DNA of 63,974 nucleotides, filler included, from Octopus bimaculoides (Eukaryota), in the NCBI RefSeq assembly GCF_001194135.2. It is 5 parts of 4 records of this genome, joined end to end, with 100 filler letters (N's around TTAATTAATTAA, not from the genome) between each part and the next. Parts side by side here need not be neighbours in the genome. Positions count along the whole stretch, not along the records: positions 31,012 to 54,696 come from NC_068982.1; positions 54,797 to 61,179 come from NC_068997.1; positions 61,280 to 62,870 come from NC_069010.1; 2 more parts are not named here. One strand, given 5' to 3'. A program made the position numbers and the translations under genes. Below are positions 49,707 to 62,870 of this stretch, piece by piece. Positions within the stretch are counted from its first letter, which is position 1, and each line of letters starts with the position of its first letter. The notes beneath the pieces were generated by a model, which did no database searches, had not been told where the DNA came from, and worked only from the letters and a program-made list of their open reading frames with translations.

Positions 49707-50543
49707 TATATATATNNNNNNNNNNNNNNNNNNNNNNNNNNNNNNNNNNNNNNNNNNNNNNNNNNNNNNNNNNNNNNNNNNNNNNNNNNNNNNNNNNNNN
49801 NNNNNNNNNNNNNNNNNGTGTGTGTGTGTGTGAGTGTGTTCTGTAGTCAGATGCCCATAGAAGTCTAAGATGTTCTCAGCGAAAATACAAAGAGAATTTT
49901 AAATGTATTTTGCTGTTTATATTCACCGTGGCACCGAAGTCGTTGATATACAGAAACTAGAATCTTTTTCAGATTGTTATGTAAATAAACTTGCAAGTCT
50001 GCGCAAGTTTTCGAAATCAACATGAAAAATAGAATTTGGGCAAACTGAAACGACGTAAAATGACTCAGAACTCACCATAATGAAAGAATCACAGATACAG
50101 GGTATATAGAATGTAACTAATTCTGAACCAGTGTTTTTCTCCCTCGGGTAATAATATCTAAAGTATATTTTAAACTAAAAATGGGAAAGTAAAGAAAAGA
50201 GGACAACAGGAAATGAAATGGTTATTCTCAGGAAATTTCATGTTCATTAACGACAATTTCAGATATATTCAATAAAAATTAAGCAGTTATTCGTATAAGG
50301 GGGATAGCATATTATAAAGATTTCTTTTCTATTTTCTATTTCTTGGTCTCCCACCTCCAAAAGTGTCATTTTAAGTATGTGGCCCATGATGTTATATTGA
50401 TTAATATATTTAATTTTTAACACTTCCATGGACAAATCTTTTTCTGTATGTTACATGTCGTCCGTATGAAATAATGTAACAGTAGATAGTCACTCAATCA
50501 ACTTCTGCTATTCAAATAATTATTTTAATTTTAAATCAGATCA

Positions 50544-50637
<94 letters not shown>

Positions 50638-50662
50638 TAGAGAGAGAGAGGGAGAGGGAGAG

Positions 50663-50693
<31 letters not shown>

Positions 50694-50902
50694 GAGAGAG
50701 TGAGTGAGAGGGAGAGAGAGAGAAATAGTTACTCAGTTTTACAAATACATAGGCATAATTCCAAAAGTACCCAATTCATTTTCGCTTTCTGTCAAAGTAA
50801 AACACCCAGTCCAAGTTCGAATTCAAGAGCTTTATAGAAAGTTTCTAATGACTGCTATAAATCGAGTGTGTATATACATTGCAAAGAGGGGAGTTAACTA
50901 CG

Positions 50903-51078
50903 TACGAGGGGATGTTGAAACGATTCTGACTTTAAGAGTATCGCAAAACACCTACTGAAGGACCGCTGCAATAAGTGTGTGAATCTGAGAGGGGCATATA
51001 TTGTATAAAATCATAATTAATTGATCCTCCTGTATTTTTTTTTACCCAAAGCCAAAAACTTTTCAGCACTATCTCGTA
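50903..51078. mobile_element. Mariner-derived MITE
   Basis: TACGAGGGGATGTTGAAA ... TTTCAGCACTATCTCGTA with TA ends. Confidence 0.7.
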
Positions 51079-51508
51079 CATGTAGTTTTGTTTATGATAC
51101 TACGAATAATAATAATACATTGTCACAGACATAAAATTGTACTATCTGGAGGAAGGTAAACAAAAGGAAAAAGAAATGAAATAAATCAAATATGCTTTTC
51201 TCCTTAATAAGAAAAATTGATAAACTAATTAGTACACTACTTACATAATCGAATCCAAATGTCTCAAGAAGTACAATGACTGTTTTCATTCCCACGATGA
51301 TGATCAGTGTGTGTTTTCAAAGGCGTTGGTTCAGAAACAACATGAAAAGACAAGCCCTACATAATTCACTGGCCTTTGTGAAACGCGCGCGCACACGCAC
51401 ACAAACACAAGTGTACGCACAGGCGACATATGAATGACACTAGAAAGAAATGAAGAAATATTTACTGCTTTATATTTATTGTAAAGAGCATGAGGGTCGG
51501 GTAGTGAA

Positions 51509-51830
51509 GGCGTGTAGCTTAGTGGTTAGGGATTTCGGCTTACGGTGTTACGGTCATGAGTTCGATTCCCAGCAGTGCGTTGTGTCTCTTGAGCGAGACA
51601 CTTTATTTCACGTTGCTCTAGTTCACGCAGCTGACAAAAATGAGTTGTACCTGTAATTCAAAGGGGCCAGCCTTGTCACATTCTTAGTCGCACTGAATCT
51701 CCCTGAGGACTACGTTAAAGGTACGCTTGTCTGTGGAGGTTCAGCCACTTGCACATTAATTTCACGAGCAGGCTGTTGTGTTGACCGGATCAACTGGAAC
51801 CGTCGTCATCGTAACCGACGGAGCACCAGT
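51509..51830 (+). mobile_element. tRNA-derived SINE (family C)
   Basis: A-box TAGCTTAGTGG, B-box GAGTTCGATTCCC, followed by a ~250-bp non-tRNA body. Confidence 0.75.
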
Positions 51831-51841
51831 TAATGTTAGAG

Positions 51842-52101
51842 CAGGGGTCCCTGTTCCAGAATCGGATCGTGGATCAGAAAATGTAAATTTAAAATTTTCA
51901 TTTTTATTTTATTGACTATCGCAGTCTGCAGTGGGGTTTTTGAATTATAATATATGTAATATATATGTTTGATATATGGAATAATTAAATTATATATTAT
52001 GCACTTTATTGTGTTTTGTTATGCGTGCGATCCCTCGGTCCGCAGAAAAATTGTCTTGCATGAAACCGGACTGTGATACAAAAAAAGGTTGGAAGCCGCT
52101 G
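51842..52101. mobile_element. hAT (Charlie-like) MITE
   Basis: CAGGGGTCCC ... AAAAAGGTTGGAAGCCGCTG termini; a related fragment lies at ~40762-40830. Confidence 0.6.
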
Positions 52102-52457
52102 GTATAGAAAATATGATAATTTTGAGAATTCCTTGGCAGCTTAATGAATATAATAGAGGACATAGTATTGAAATTAACTTATTTGTGCTATCAATTCTAA
52201 ATATAAACTCGAACGACCGTTTACCTGTTTAGTGTCCTGTAGTGAAGCGTGCTTTCGTATGTTGAGCGAACACTATTGCCTCCTAACCTCACAGTTATAC
52301 TTTGTAACAGAAGCAGATTCATAACAAAATATATATATATCAATAAATATATTAATATTTCAGCAAAACTGTGGAAAGAACGCAAGCAATGCAAAGGGAT
52401 ATAAACAGCGAGAAAAGAGTGAACAGGACTGATGTTTTGTATTGTAGAAGCGCTGTT

Positions 52458-52515
<58 letters not shown>

Positions 52516-52786
52516 TATATCAGAACTATTTTCATAATAAAAAATATATATTAATAAATATATTAATATTCCAGCAAACTCTGGAAAGAACGTAAGCAAT
52601 ACAAACGAAGATAAAACGCGAGAATAGAATGAACAGGACTCATGTTTTGTATTGTAGAGGCGGTGTTAAATATACATATTGATATATATGTATATATATA
52701 TATATTACACACACACACACACACTCACATACATATATATGTCTCATACATTATACACACACACATACATATGTATATATACATAT

Positions 52787-52838
<52 letters not shown>

Positions 52839-53229
52839 GATTGAAACTTACAATATAATACTTTAGGACATTTAGTTTATCTAGTTCTGTTAACATCACT
52901 TCTTCATATTTATATATGTAAAGGTTGAATCATTTCTAGTAAAGGAAATGCGTTTTCTTTCGTAATATTAGAATTAGATCTTATTGAACCTATGAAAGAT
53001 TGAAAAAAAATTCTGTATATTTTTACATTGTAAAATATATAAATAAATAAATAAGTAAAAATAAAAAAGAAAGACTGGAAATGTCACTATTTTGAGAATA
53101 CAATTTTAATATAATTTTAATGAGAGGAATCGTTTTCCACTCCTTATAATTTCCAGCACGGAAAAATTTAGAGTTTTTTTAAAAATCCATAAATAGAAAT
53201 GTACATACGTTGCGAAGAAGAAAGATATT

Positions 53230-53452
53230 TTTAATAATGGTTTCAAATTTTGGCAAAAGGCCAGCGATTTCGGGGGAGGGAGTAAATCGATTACATCGAC
53301 CCCAATGCTCGAATGGTACTTATTTTATCTTTCCCGGATGGATGAAAGCAAAGTCGACCTAAGCGGAACTTGAATTTAAAACGGAAGGACGGACGAAATG
53401 CTGCTAAGCATTTCGCCCGGCGTGCTAGCGACTCTGCTAGCTCGTCGCTTTA
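53230..53452 (-). mobile_element. SINE family A, CpG-rich copy
   Basis: Full head-to-tail match to family A. Confidence 0.85.
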
Positions 53453-53504
53453 GATATATTTATGATAATTATTGAAGAATATAACAGATTAACTACTGCT
53501 ACAA

Positions 53505-53725
53505 TATTGTTTCAAATTTTAGGCACAAAATTACATTTTACTTGGATGGGAATAGTCAATTAGATTGATTCCAGTACTTGAATGGTAATTTATTTTATCG
53601 ATCTCGAAAGGATGAAAGGCAAAGCTGAACTCGGTGGATTTGAAATCAGAACGTAACGTGTCAGAAGAAATGCCGCTTAGCATTTTGTCCGGCACGCTGA
53701 AGGCTTTAGCTAGTTCGGCATCTTA
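53505..53725 (-). mobile_element. SINE family A, second adjacent copy
   Basis: Same orientation and more diverged. Confidence 0.8.
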
Positions 53726-54066
53726 ACTACTGCTGTAATTTTGGGAACATTCATCATTACCTCAAGTCGCTATTAATATGAAATTGAAAGATATATTGGG
53801 AAAATGGAAAGAGCATGCCTTTATCTGTTATCCATCCAACTATGTTATCCATCCAACTATGTTATCCATCCACTATTCCTGTGAGAGTTGTTAAAGTAGA
53901 ATCCTCAGACACCTCCTCTGTAGGGTTCTGTCAGAACCGTCGTCATTACATTTTCCAACTGGATTCCCAAGCATGACCAACTGAAGTTACTTACTCTCTC
54001 CATTTCTCTGTCTACACTGTTACATAGCAAACGCTAAGTAAACATAAATGAAAACAAAGGACATTC

Positions 54067-54144
<78 letters not shown>

Positions 54145-54145
<1 letters not shown>

Positions 54146-54668
54146 TAGGATTAATCCCTACACTGTAGGATTAATAGCAGAACTTGAGACGGTTCAGAGA
54201 TGCTACACGAGGAAGATTGCATCAATGGAACGGCTGAGCTACTGGGAGTGACTGAAAGAGCTACGATTCTACTCTCTGGAGCGAAGCGGGAGAGGTACGC
54301 AGATATATATGTATGGCAGATACTGGAGTGGCTGGCACCAAACTTTGGAACTGAGAGTTATACCAGACCTCGAAATGGACGTCATTGCACTGTTTCAAAA
54401 GTCCTAGCTGTCTCATCTAGGGCGAGGACCATGCACTGAAATAGCTTGTGAGTGTAGATGTTTTCAAAAAACAACTTGACCTCTTACTATCCAAGATCCC
54501 AGATAGACCAATATCAAGGCAGGTAACTCAAAAGAGGGCAGCCATATCGAATTCCCACCTTCACCAAAAGCCAAACCTATAGAATTGGCCAATTAAAAGG
54601 TGATTACAATGGCGGTGTCCCAGCATGACCGCAGCCTCAAAGCTGAAACATATAAAAGAATAAAAGAT
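54145..54668 (+). mobile_element. CR1-type LINE 3' end
   Basis: LIAELETVQRCYTRKIASMERLSYWE*LKELRFYSLER..ERYADIYVWQIL...DVFKKQLDLLLSKIPD; tail GGCGGTGTCCCAGCATGACCGCAGC...GCTGAAAC...AAAAGAATAAAAGA. Confidence 0.8.
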
Positions 54669-54796
54669 ACATACACGATATATATATATATATATANNNN
54701 NNNNNNNNNNNNNNNNNNNNNNNNNNNNNNNNNNNNNNNNTTAATTAATTAANNNNNNNNNNNNNNNNNNNNNNNNNNNNNNNNNNNNNNNNNNNN

Positions 54797-54828
<32 letters not shown>

Positions 54829-56455
54829 TGTGTGTGTGAAGTCACAGAAACGTATCCTAAAAATCAACAAAATTGTGCATATGCATGCAGACTCGCAGCC
54901 TAGAGGATTCGTATCAAATTGTATTTTAATTATTACAAATACATTAAAACATGTTGTTTTTTTTTTTCATAGAGACATCCTTCGTTGTACATGTATGTGT
55001 GTGTGTGTGTGTGTGTGCGTGTGCGTCTGTGTGTGTTCGTGTGTATGTGAGTGTGTGTGCATGTGAGTCTGTGTGTTTGTGTGTGCACACATTTAAGAAT
55101 ATGAATGTATATATATGTATGTGTATTTGTTTTATGTGCGTGTATGCATATGGACGCTCACGCTTGTATACTGAAACGCCGATATATGAATATATATCTT
55201 TGTTCGTATATGTTCATTTATTTGATTGTGCATACAAGCATATATATGTAAACATATGCATGTGTATATATATATACAAACATACATGCATATACATATC
55301 TGCATATGTATATATTATACATGCACATATACATATATCCATGTAGACATATATAGTTATATTGCGTATGTGTACATATATATATATTTTTAATTGCTTT
55401 GTCGTTTATCACATTATTCAAGATTTTAATGTTTATTTCAATAATAATTATAATAACAATCAAATTGCGTAAATGCCAAACTGACTTTTGTTAAAAATAT
55501 AATATATATTTAATGAAAACTACAATAAGAACAATACATATACAATTATATAAATATATGTGTGTTTGTGTACGTATATATATACACATACACACACATA
55601 CGCACACGTACACACACAAACAGAAACATACACTCACACAAATTTATATATGTACAAAAAGCTCACTAAATTATTTACTAATATAAATACATAAATATTT
55701 TTACATGAAAATTTTTCGTAAATTTATAATTTAAAAAAAAACTTTTACATCATATTTATTTGTCTCTTTTTTTTACATTGTCGATGTTTGTTTATTTTTG
55801 GCATATTATCATCTAGCTTTTATTTGCTGAAATCATAATTTATAACTAAAACAAAACAAGAGAAATCCCAATAAAATATGGATAACTAGGATCTAATACA
55901 TATATATATATATACACACACACACACTTACATATAAATATATATATGCGTTATATATATATATATGTATATATATATATGTACATATATATCCCTATAT
56001 AGATGCATGTACTCACATTTATATGATATATATATATATATATATAAAAATTTATATGTGTATAAACATATATATATATGTGTGTACGTAATTATGTTTA
56101 TATGTGTTTTCGTGTATGATTGTAAGTGTGTGTGAGTATGTGCATGTGTTTGTGTATGTGTGTGCCTGCGTTTGCTTAAGATACGCGATTATACTGCATA
56201 ACAATAATTTTTTCAGAGCTGTAAGAACACTTTGGTCTTTAGACCAAATGATTATTTCATAAACATTTGCGTATATTTATATATATTTATGTTTTTCTTT
56301 AGTATTGTTCAAACCTTATTACATCTCTTCTTTTTATAGTTTTTTTTTTCCATTTGTACTTCCATTCTATTCTTGTTGTTGTTATTATTATTGTTGCTCA
56401 CATTTTTCTTGGAAGTTATTTATTTCGATGTTTGTGTACAAAGATACATACGTAC

Positions 56456-56493
<38 letters not shown>

Positions 56494-57239
56494 NNNNNNN
56501 NNNNNNNNNNNNNNNNNNNNNNNNNNNNNNNNNNNNNNNNNNNNNNNNNNNNNNNNNNNNNNNNNNNNNNNNNNNNNNNNNNNNNNNNNNNNNNNNNNNN
56601 NNNNNNNNNNNNNNNNNNNNNNNNNNNNNNNNNNNNNNNNNNNNNNNNNNNNNNNNNNNNNNNNNNNNNNNNNNNNNNNNNNNNNNNNNNNNNNNNNNNN
56701 NNNNNNNNNNNNNNNNNNNNNNNNNNNNNNNNNNNNNNNNNNNNNNNNNNNNNNNNNNNNNNNNNNNNNNNNNNNNNNNNNNNNNNNNNNNNNNNNNNNN
56801 NNNNNNNNNNNNNNNNNNNNNNNNNNNNNNNNNNNNNNNNNNNNNNNNNNNATATATATACATATAAATATATATATATATGTAGTCTTTTTGAATTTGT
56901 ATTATTTGGCATTCAATGGCATATATATTGATACATACATATATAGATATGTATATATGCATACATACTAACACAGACACACACACACAACTAACTAAAC
57001 ACACACATATATGAACGTATATATATATATATGTGTGTATGTATGTTCTTGTATGTGTATGTGTACTTATATATACACGTTTCTAGTTATATTTCTTTTT
57101 CCAAAGATATATAATCAGGTATTGAAAGATATATAAACATCATAGATAGTGATTTAGATAGTTTTAGCATATTTAAATGAGATGAAATTATATATATGCG
57201 AGTGTATGTGTATACACTACAGATACACACACACACATA

Positions 57240-57272
<33 letters not shown>

Positions 57273-58359
57273 TATGTATACATATATATACATACATANN
57301 NNNNNNNNNNNNNNNNNNNNNNNNNNNNNNNNNNNNNNNNNNNNNNNNNNNNNNNNNNNNNNNNNNNNNNNNNNNNNNNNNNNNNNNNNNNNNNNNNNNN
57401 NNNNNNNNNNNNNNNNNNNNNNNNNNNNNNNNNNNNNNNNNNNNNNNNNNNNNNNNNNNNNNNNNNNNNNNNNNNNNNNNNNNNNNNNNNNNNNNNNNNN
57501 NNNNNNNNNNNNNNNNNNNNNNNNNNNNNNNNNNNNNNNNNNNNNNNNNNNNNNNNNNNNNNNNNNNNNNNNNNNNNNNNNNNNNNNNNNNNNNNNNNNN
57601 NNNNNNNNNNNNNNNNNNNNNNNNNNNNNNNNNNNNNNNNNNNNNNNNNNNNNNNNNNNNNNNNNNNNNNNNNNNNNNNNNNNNNNNNNNNNNNNNNNNN
57701 NNNNNNNNNNNNNNNNNNNNNNNNNNNNNNNNNNNNNNNNNNNNNNNNNNNNNNNNNNNNNNNNNNNNNNNNNNNNNNNNNNNNNNNNNNNNNNNNNNNN
57801 NNNNNNNNNNNNNNNNNNNNNNNNNNNNNNNNNNNNNNNNNNNNNNNNNNNNNNNNNNNNNNNNNNNNNNNNNNNNNNNNNNNNNNNNNNNNNNNNNNNN
57901 NNNNNNNNNNNNNNNNNNNNNNNNNNNNNNNNNNNNNNNNNNNNNNNNNNNNNNNNNNNNNNNNNNNNNNNNNNNNNNNNNNNNNNNNNNNNATATATAT
58001 GCATGTATATATATATATGTATATATATATACATACATACATATATACATACATATATATCATATGTATATGTGTGTATGTGTGTGTCTATATACAAAAA
58101 AGGGAAAGGAAAGACAACGCCTGGTGTGTTCACACTGAAGTGTGTGCTGAAGAGCGTTTAAATGAGAAAATAAGTTATGTGCTGTTAATAATGTTAATAT
58201 CCGATTAATATTACAGTTTACAATTTTTATACTATTTTTAAGGCAATTTATTACAAAATATTTTTGTTATAATGTTTATGTTTATTGGAGTCATGTTGGT
58301 TGTTGTTGATTTTGATGTCACTTTTGCTAAATGTGGTTGCTTATAACCAATATTCTGCA

Positions 58360-59465
58360 CGTACTTTACAGTGATGATGGCAGAACTGATGATAACCAAT
58401 GATTTTTGGAGTGGTTGTGAAGGTGGTGGTGATGGTGGTGGTGGAGATAGTGATGTTGTAGTTGATGATGGTTACTGTGTGTGTGGCATTGCTTTTTATT
58501 GCGACGATGAGGGCTCTTTTTTCTGATATTAGAGACGGTGATGATATTGTTGTAGATGGCGACAGGGTGGGAGGTGGCAACGATGATGGTGGTGATGGTG
58601 GTGGTTGTGGTGGTTGTGGTGGTGGTGGTGGTGGTGGTGATGCTGTTGTTGTTGTTGGTGGTGGTGGTGCTGGTGCTGGTGCTGGTGGTGGTGGTGGTGG
58701 TGGTGNNNNNNNNNNNNNNNNNNNNNNNNNNNNNNNNNNNNNNNNNNNNNNNNNNNNNNNNNNNNNNNNNNNNNNNNNNNNNNNNNNNNNNNNNNNNNNN
58801 NNNNNNNNNNNNNNNNNNNNNNNNNNNNNNNNNNNNNNNNNNNNNNNNNNNNNNNNNNNNNNNNNNNNNNNNNNNNNNNNNNNNNNNNNNNNNNNNNNNN
58901 NNNNNNNNNNNNNNNNNNNNNNNNNNNNNNNNNNNNNNNNNNNNNNNNNNNNNNNNNNNNNNNNNNNNNNNNNNNNNNNNNNNNNNNNNNNNNNNNNNNN
59001 NNNNNNNNNNNNNNNNNNNNNNNNNNNNNNNNNNNNNNNNNNNNNNNNNNNNNNNNNNNNNNNNNNNNNNNNNNNNNNNNNNNNNNNNNNNNNNNNNNNN
59101 NNNNNNNNNNNNNNNNNNNNNNNNNNNNNNNNNNNNNNNNNNNNNNNNNNNNNNNNNNNNNNNNNNNNNNNNNNNNNNNNNNNNNNNNNNNNNNNNNNNN
59201 NNNNNNNNNNNNNNNNNNNNNNNNNNNNNNNNNNNNNNNNNNNNNNNNNNNNNNNNNNNNNNNNNNNNNNNNNNNNNNNNNNNNNNNNNNNNNNNNNNNN
59301 NNNNNNNNNNNNNNNNNNNNNNNNNNNNNNNNNNNNNNNNNNNNNNNNNNNNNNNNNNNNNNNNNGATGATGATGATGACGATGATGATAATGATGATGA
59401 TGATGATGACGACGACGACGATGACGATGATGATAATGATAATGATGATGATGATGATGATGATA

Positions 59466-59508
<43 letters not shown>

Positions 59509-59996
59509 CGACGACGACGACGATGACGACGACGACGACGACGACGATGATGATGATGATGATGATGATGATGACGATGACGATGATGATGATGGCGACG
59601 ACCACGATGATGATTGAAGATGATGATGGCGTCGAGGACGACAAGGATTACGATGATCCTAATGATCATAATGATGATGAAAACGTCGTCGACGACGACG
59701 ACTACGATGTTAAAAGGTTTGATAATATTAATGATGATGAACCTGTGTATGTGAGGTAGCGATGGTGTCGATGAGGCTCTTCATCACGCTGAACTCTCCG
59801 ATGATCCACTCCGATGAAGACCCGCATCATCACCATAATAACTCTTACGACGATGAAGATGACGATAATGATGATGATGATGGCTAAGATAACGTTATAA
59901 ATATTTGCTTACTTTTGCTAATGCTGCTTTTGTTGGTGTTATTGCTACGGCGGAGGCAGTGCTGGTAGTGACGGCGGCGATCTCTGTTGCAGTTAA

Positions 59997-60033
<37 letters not shown>

Positions 60034-60212
60034 GCTGTTGCTGTTGTTGTTGCTGTTGTTGTTGTTGTTGTTGTTGTTGTTGTATTAATTTCTCGCATGA
60101 CAAAGGATGGGTCAGAGTTAATCTACAAGAATATTTCGGATGAGCTGCAATGAACGCTGTTTGCGAGAATTGCACAGTATTGATAAGTAACGACGTGATG
60201 AACAAACTGAAA

Positions 60213-60262
<50 letters not shown>

Positions 60263-60267
60263 TAATG

Positions 60268-60334
<67 letters not shown>

Positions 60335-60500
60335 TAATAGCAATAATGATAATAATAATAATAAAAGCAACTACAATATCAACAAATATTAATGAATATA
60401 ATAACTATATGACAACAATAACTTTAATAACAATACTACTAATAATGATATTAATAACAATATTGATAATGATTTTAATAATAACTAAATTAATGGTAGT
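58360..60500. repeat. Compound trinucleotide arrays (GGT)n, (GAT/GAC)n, (GTT)n, (AAT)n around a gap
   Basis: Direct read. Confidence 0.95.
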
Positions 60501-60715
60501 AATAATCCTTTCTAATAAAGGCCTGGAATTCGTGGGGAAGGGGAATAGTCGATCTCATCGACCCCAGTACTTGGCTGGTACTTAATTTATTGACACTGAG
60601 AGGATGAAAGGCAAATTCGACCTCGGCGGCATTTGAACTCAAAACGTGAAGACAGACGAAATGCCGCTAAATATTTCGCCCACAGATGCTACCGATTCTA
60701 CCAGCGCAGCAGCAC
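60500..60715 (-). mobile_element. SINE family A
   Basis: GGATGAAAGGCAAATTCGACCTCGGCGGCATTTGAACTC core; the tail merges with the (AAT)n array. Confidence 0.85.
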
Positions 60716-60964
60716 CATAAGACAAATATCATCAATATCATAAACGTAATGTATCTATGTTTATTGAAGGGAATCGATATACACTGTATTTGTGAGAAGC
60801 CCACTACTCCAAATATGTGAAGTAATGAAGAAGCGGTGGCAGGAAGATCTCCATTTCAATACGATGTTGATTCTAGCGTGTAATGTTACAAAGTTTTCCG
60901 TTTTCTCTCTCGTTCTCCATCTCTTTCACTCCGTATATTTGTCAGTCTGTCTGTCTGTCTATCA

Positions 60965-61021
<57 letters not shown>

Positions 61022-61671
61022 GTCATGGATCAAGAAGAGGCCTAGGAAGGGCGAATGGCACCGCGAGTGTCGCGCTGCTCTTCGGCAACTCCAACAACCC
61101 GGGTCAACCTTGAGCGACTGCATCACAACTAACGCATTCTATAGTGGATTAGTGGAGGGAAGGTACGACGACGATCTCGNNNNNNNNNNNNNNNNNNNNN
61201 NNNNNNNNNNNNNNNNNNNNNNNTTAATTAATTAANNNNNNNNNNNNNNNNNNNNNNNNNNNNNNNNNNNNNNNNNNNNGGTGGGGTACTATGTAAGTTC
61301 TTACTCACCCTCCCGAATCACCCCCCTCCCAACCTCCTCCCCTACTTTTTAAGATATTGCTTTGTTAATTTTTATTTTCATGGTCAAACAGGTTTATGTT
61401 TCATTTTGTCCTCCCAGCAGCTAGCCACTCCCCCACCACCTCACTCTGCCTCCCACCCCATTTCTATAAGCTGACTGACAAAGGGGATTCATACATATTG
61501 TTGTGGGTTGGGAGCGGTCACTCATTCTCGACCTGCTAGAAATACTAGCTGATTTTCCTCTTCCCCGCCTGCTCTCAAGTAACAACACAACTCTCTTTAT
61601 CACCATTGGATATTTATTTTTCGTTTTTATTTTATTTTAATTTAATTTAATTTATTTTGTTTTATTTCAAG

Positions 61672-61802
61672 CCTTTAGCACGCTTCAGTGCATCATGTTG
61701 CTGCATGAGTTTTTCTCCCCTGTAGCTTCAGGCACATTGTGTTGCACTGAAAATGGGAGAGAACTCATATGGTGATATAATGCACTGACAACATGCTAAA
61801 GG
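61672..61802. repeat. Imperfect 131-bp inverted repeat
   Basis: ~50-bp arms CCTTTAGCA...TTCTCCC and GGGAGAGAACTC...TGCTAAAGG. Confidence 0.75.
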
Positions 61803-62080
61803 TGAATTTTATTTTGTTCTGCTCAGTGCATCCTCACAAAAAGTTAGAAAACAACAAAAAAGAAAAGAGATATTTAGGGGGGTTTTTTCTTGGGATAATT
61901 TGCTGAGTACCCACCAAAAAAGATGGTGGTGGAGGTGGAGGCACAGTTGTTCATCAGGACAAGTGGTCACATTTGGAGTCAAACTTGACAGCCTTTTTAG
62001 GTTTAAAATGTTAACTTCTCTGCTTGATGTCAGAGCCAAGCCACCTGGGAGTGCGGGTGGAGAGTGGTTCAACTACTATG

Positions 62081-62113
<33 letters not shown>

Positions 62114-62832
62114 GCTCCAACTACTACCACTACTACTTCTATTCTTTCTTCTCCTCCTACTGCTACAACTTCTCCTCTTCCCCTACTACTACTACTACTA
62201 CTATAACTACTACCACTTCCACTCTTCTCCTCCTCCTCCTGCTACTTCTCTTTCTCTTCCTACTTCTACTCTGCCCCTATTCTTGTGAGTGGCTGTTGTT
62301 TTTTTTTTGCCCTTATTTTGTATAAAGGGAGTGGGGTGAGGAATAGGGCTGGGTATGGGTGACTAAGATGGCTTTAATTAATCAATCACCCTCTCCCACT
62401 GTCGCTCTCCACCCCTACCTCCCACTCCTAATTGCCACCATCAGTTGTCCCCCTCCCCCAGGCTGCATCTGTGTATTTAATCTTTCTTTGTTCCTTTTGC
62501 TTTCTTGCCCCACCCCTCCTTTTCAGTGTGTCACATTCTCCGGAAGTACCAGTTATATCTGCTGGGCTTATATTATTACAGAACAAAAAACCAAAAAAAA
62601 AAAAATGTGAAAGCAAAAATACACAGAAACTAAAAATAAAAACAAGACAAAGCAACCCCCCTCCCCTCAAAAAAAAGCAACCCTCTCCTGCCTTGCCCCC
62701 AACCGCCAAACACAAAAATCTATCAGTTGCTACCCTCCTTCCTCTGCCAATTCTATCCCTCCACACAACCACACAAATAGCCATGTACTTGAGTCACATT
62801 TGAGAAGAGTTTGAAAGCAATTATTATTATTA

Positions 62833-62870
<38 letters not shown>

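Noticed and set aside
50068-50165. Minus-strand exon candidate ending ATG|GTGAGT
   Set aside because: One short open frame, a weak acceptor, no homology and no partner exons.
51509-51580. Functional tRNA gene
   Set aside because: A and B boxes are present, but there is no clean cloverleaf and it continues into a SINE body.
56305-59669. Longest ORFs in the track (up to 442 aa)
   Set aside because: They consist of N gaps and translated microsatellites.
59367-59890. Poly-Asp or poly-Met acidic protein
   Set aside because: A decaying (GAT/GAC)n array; the Asp frame hits stops and there is no unique domain.
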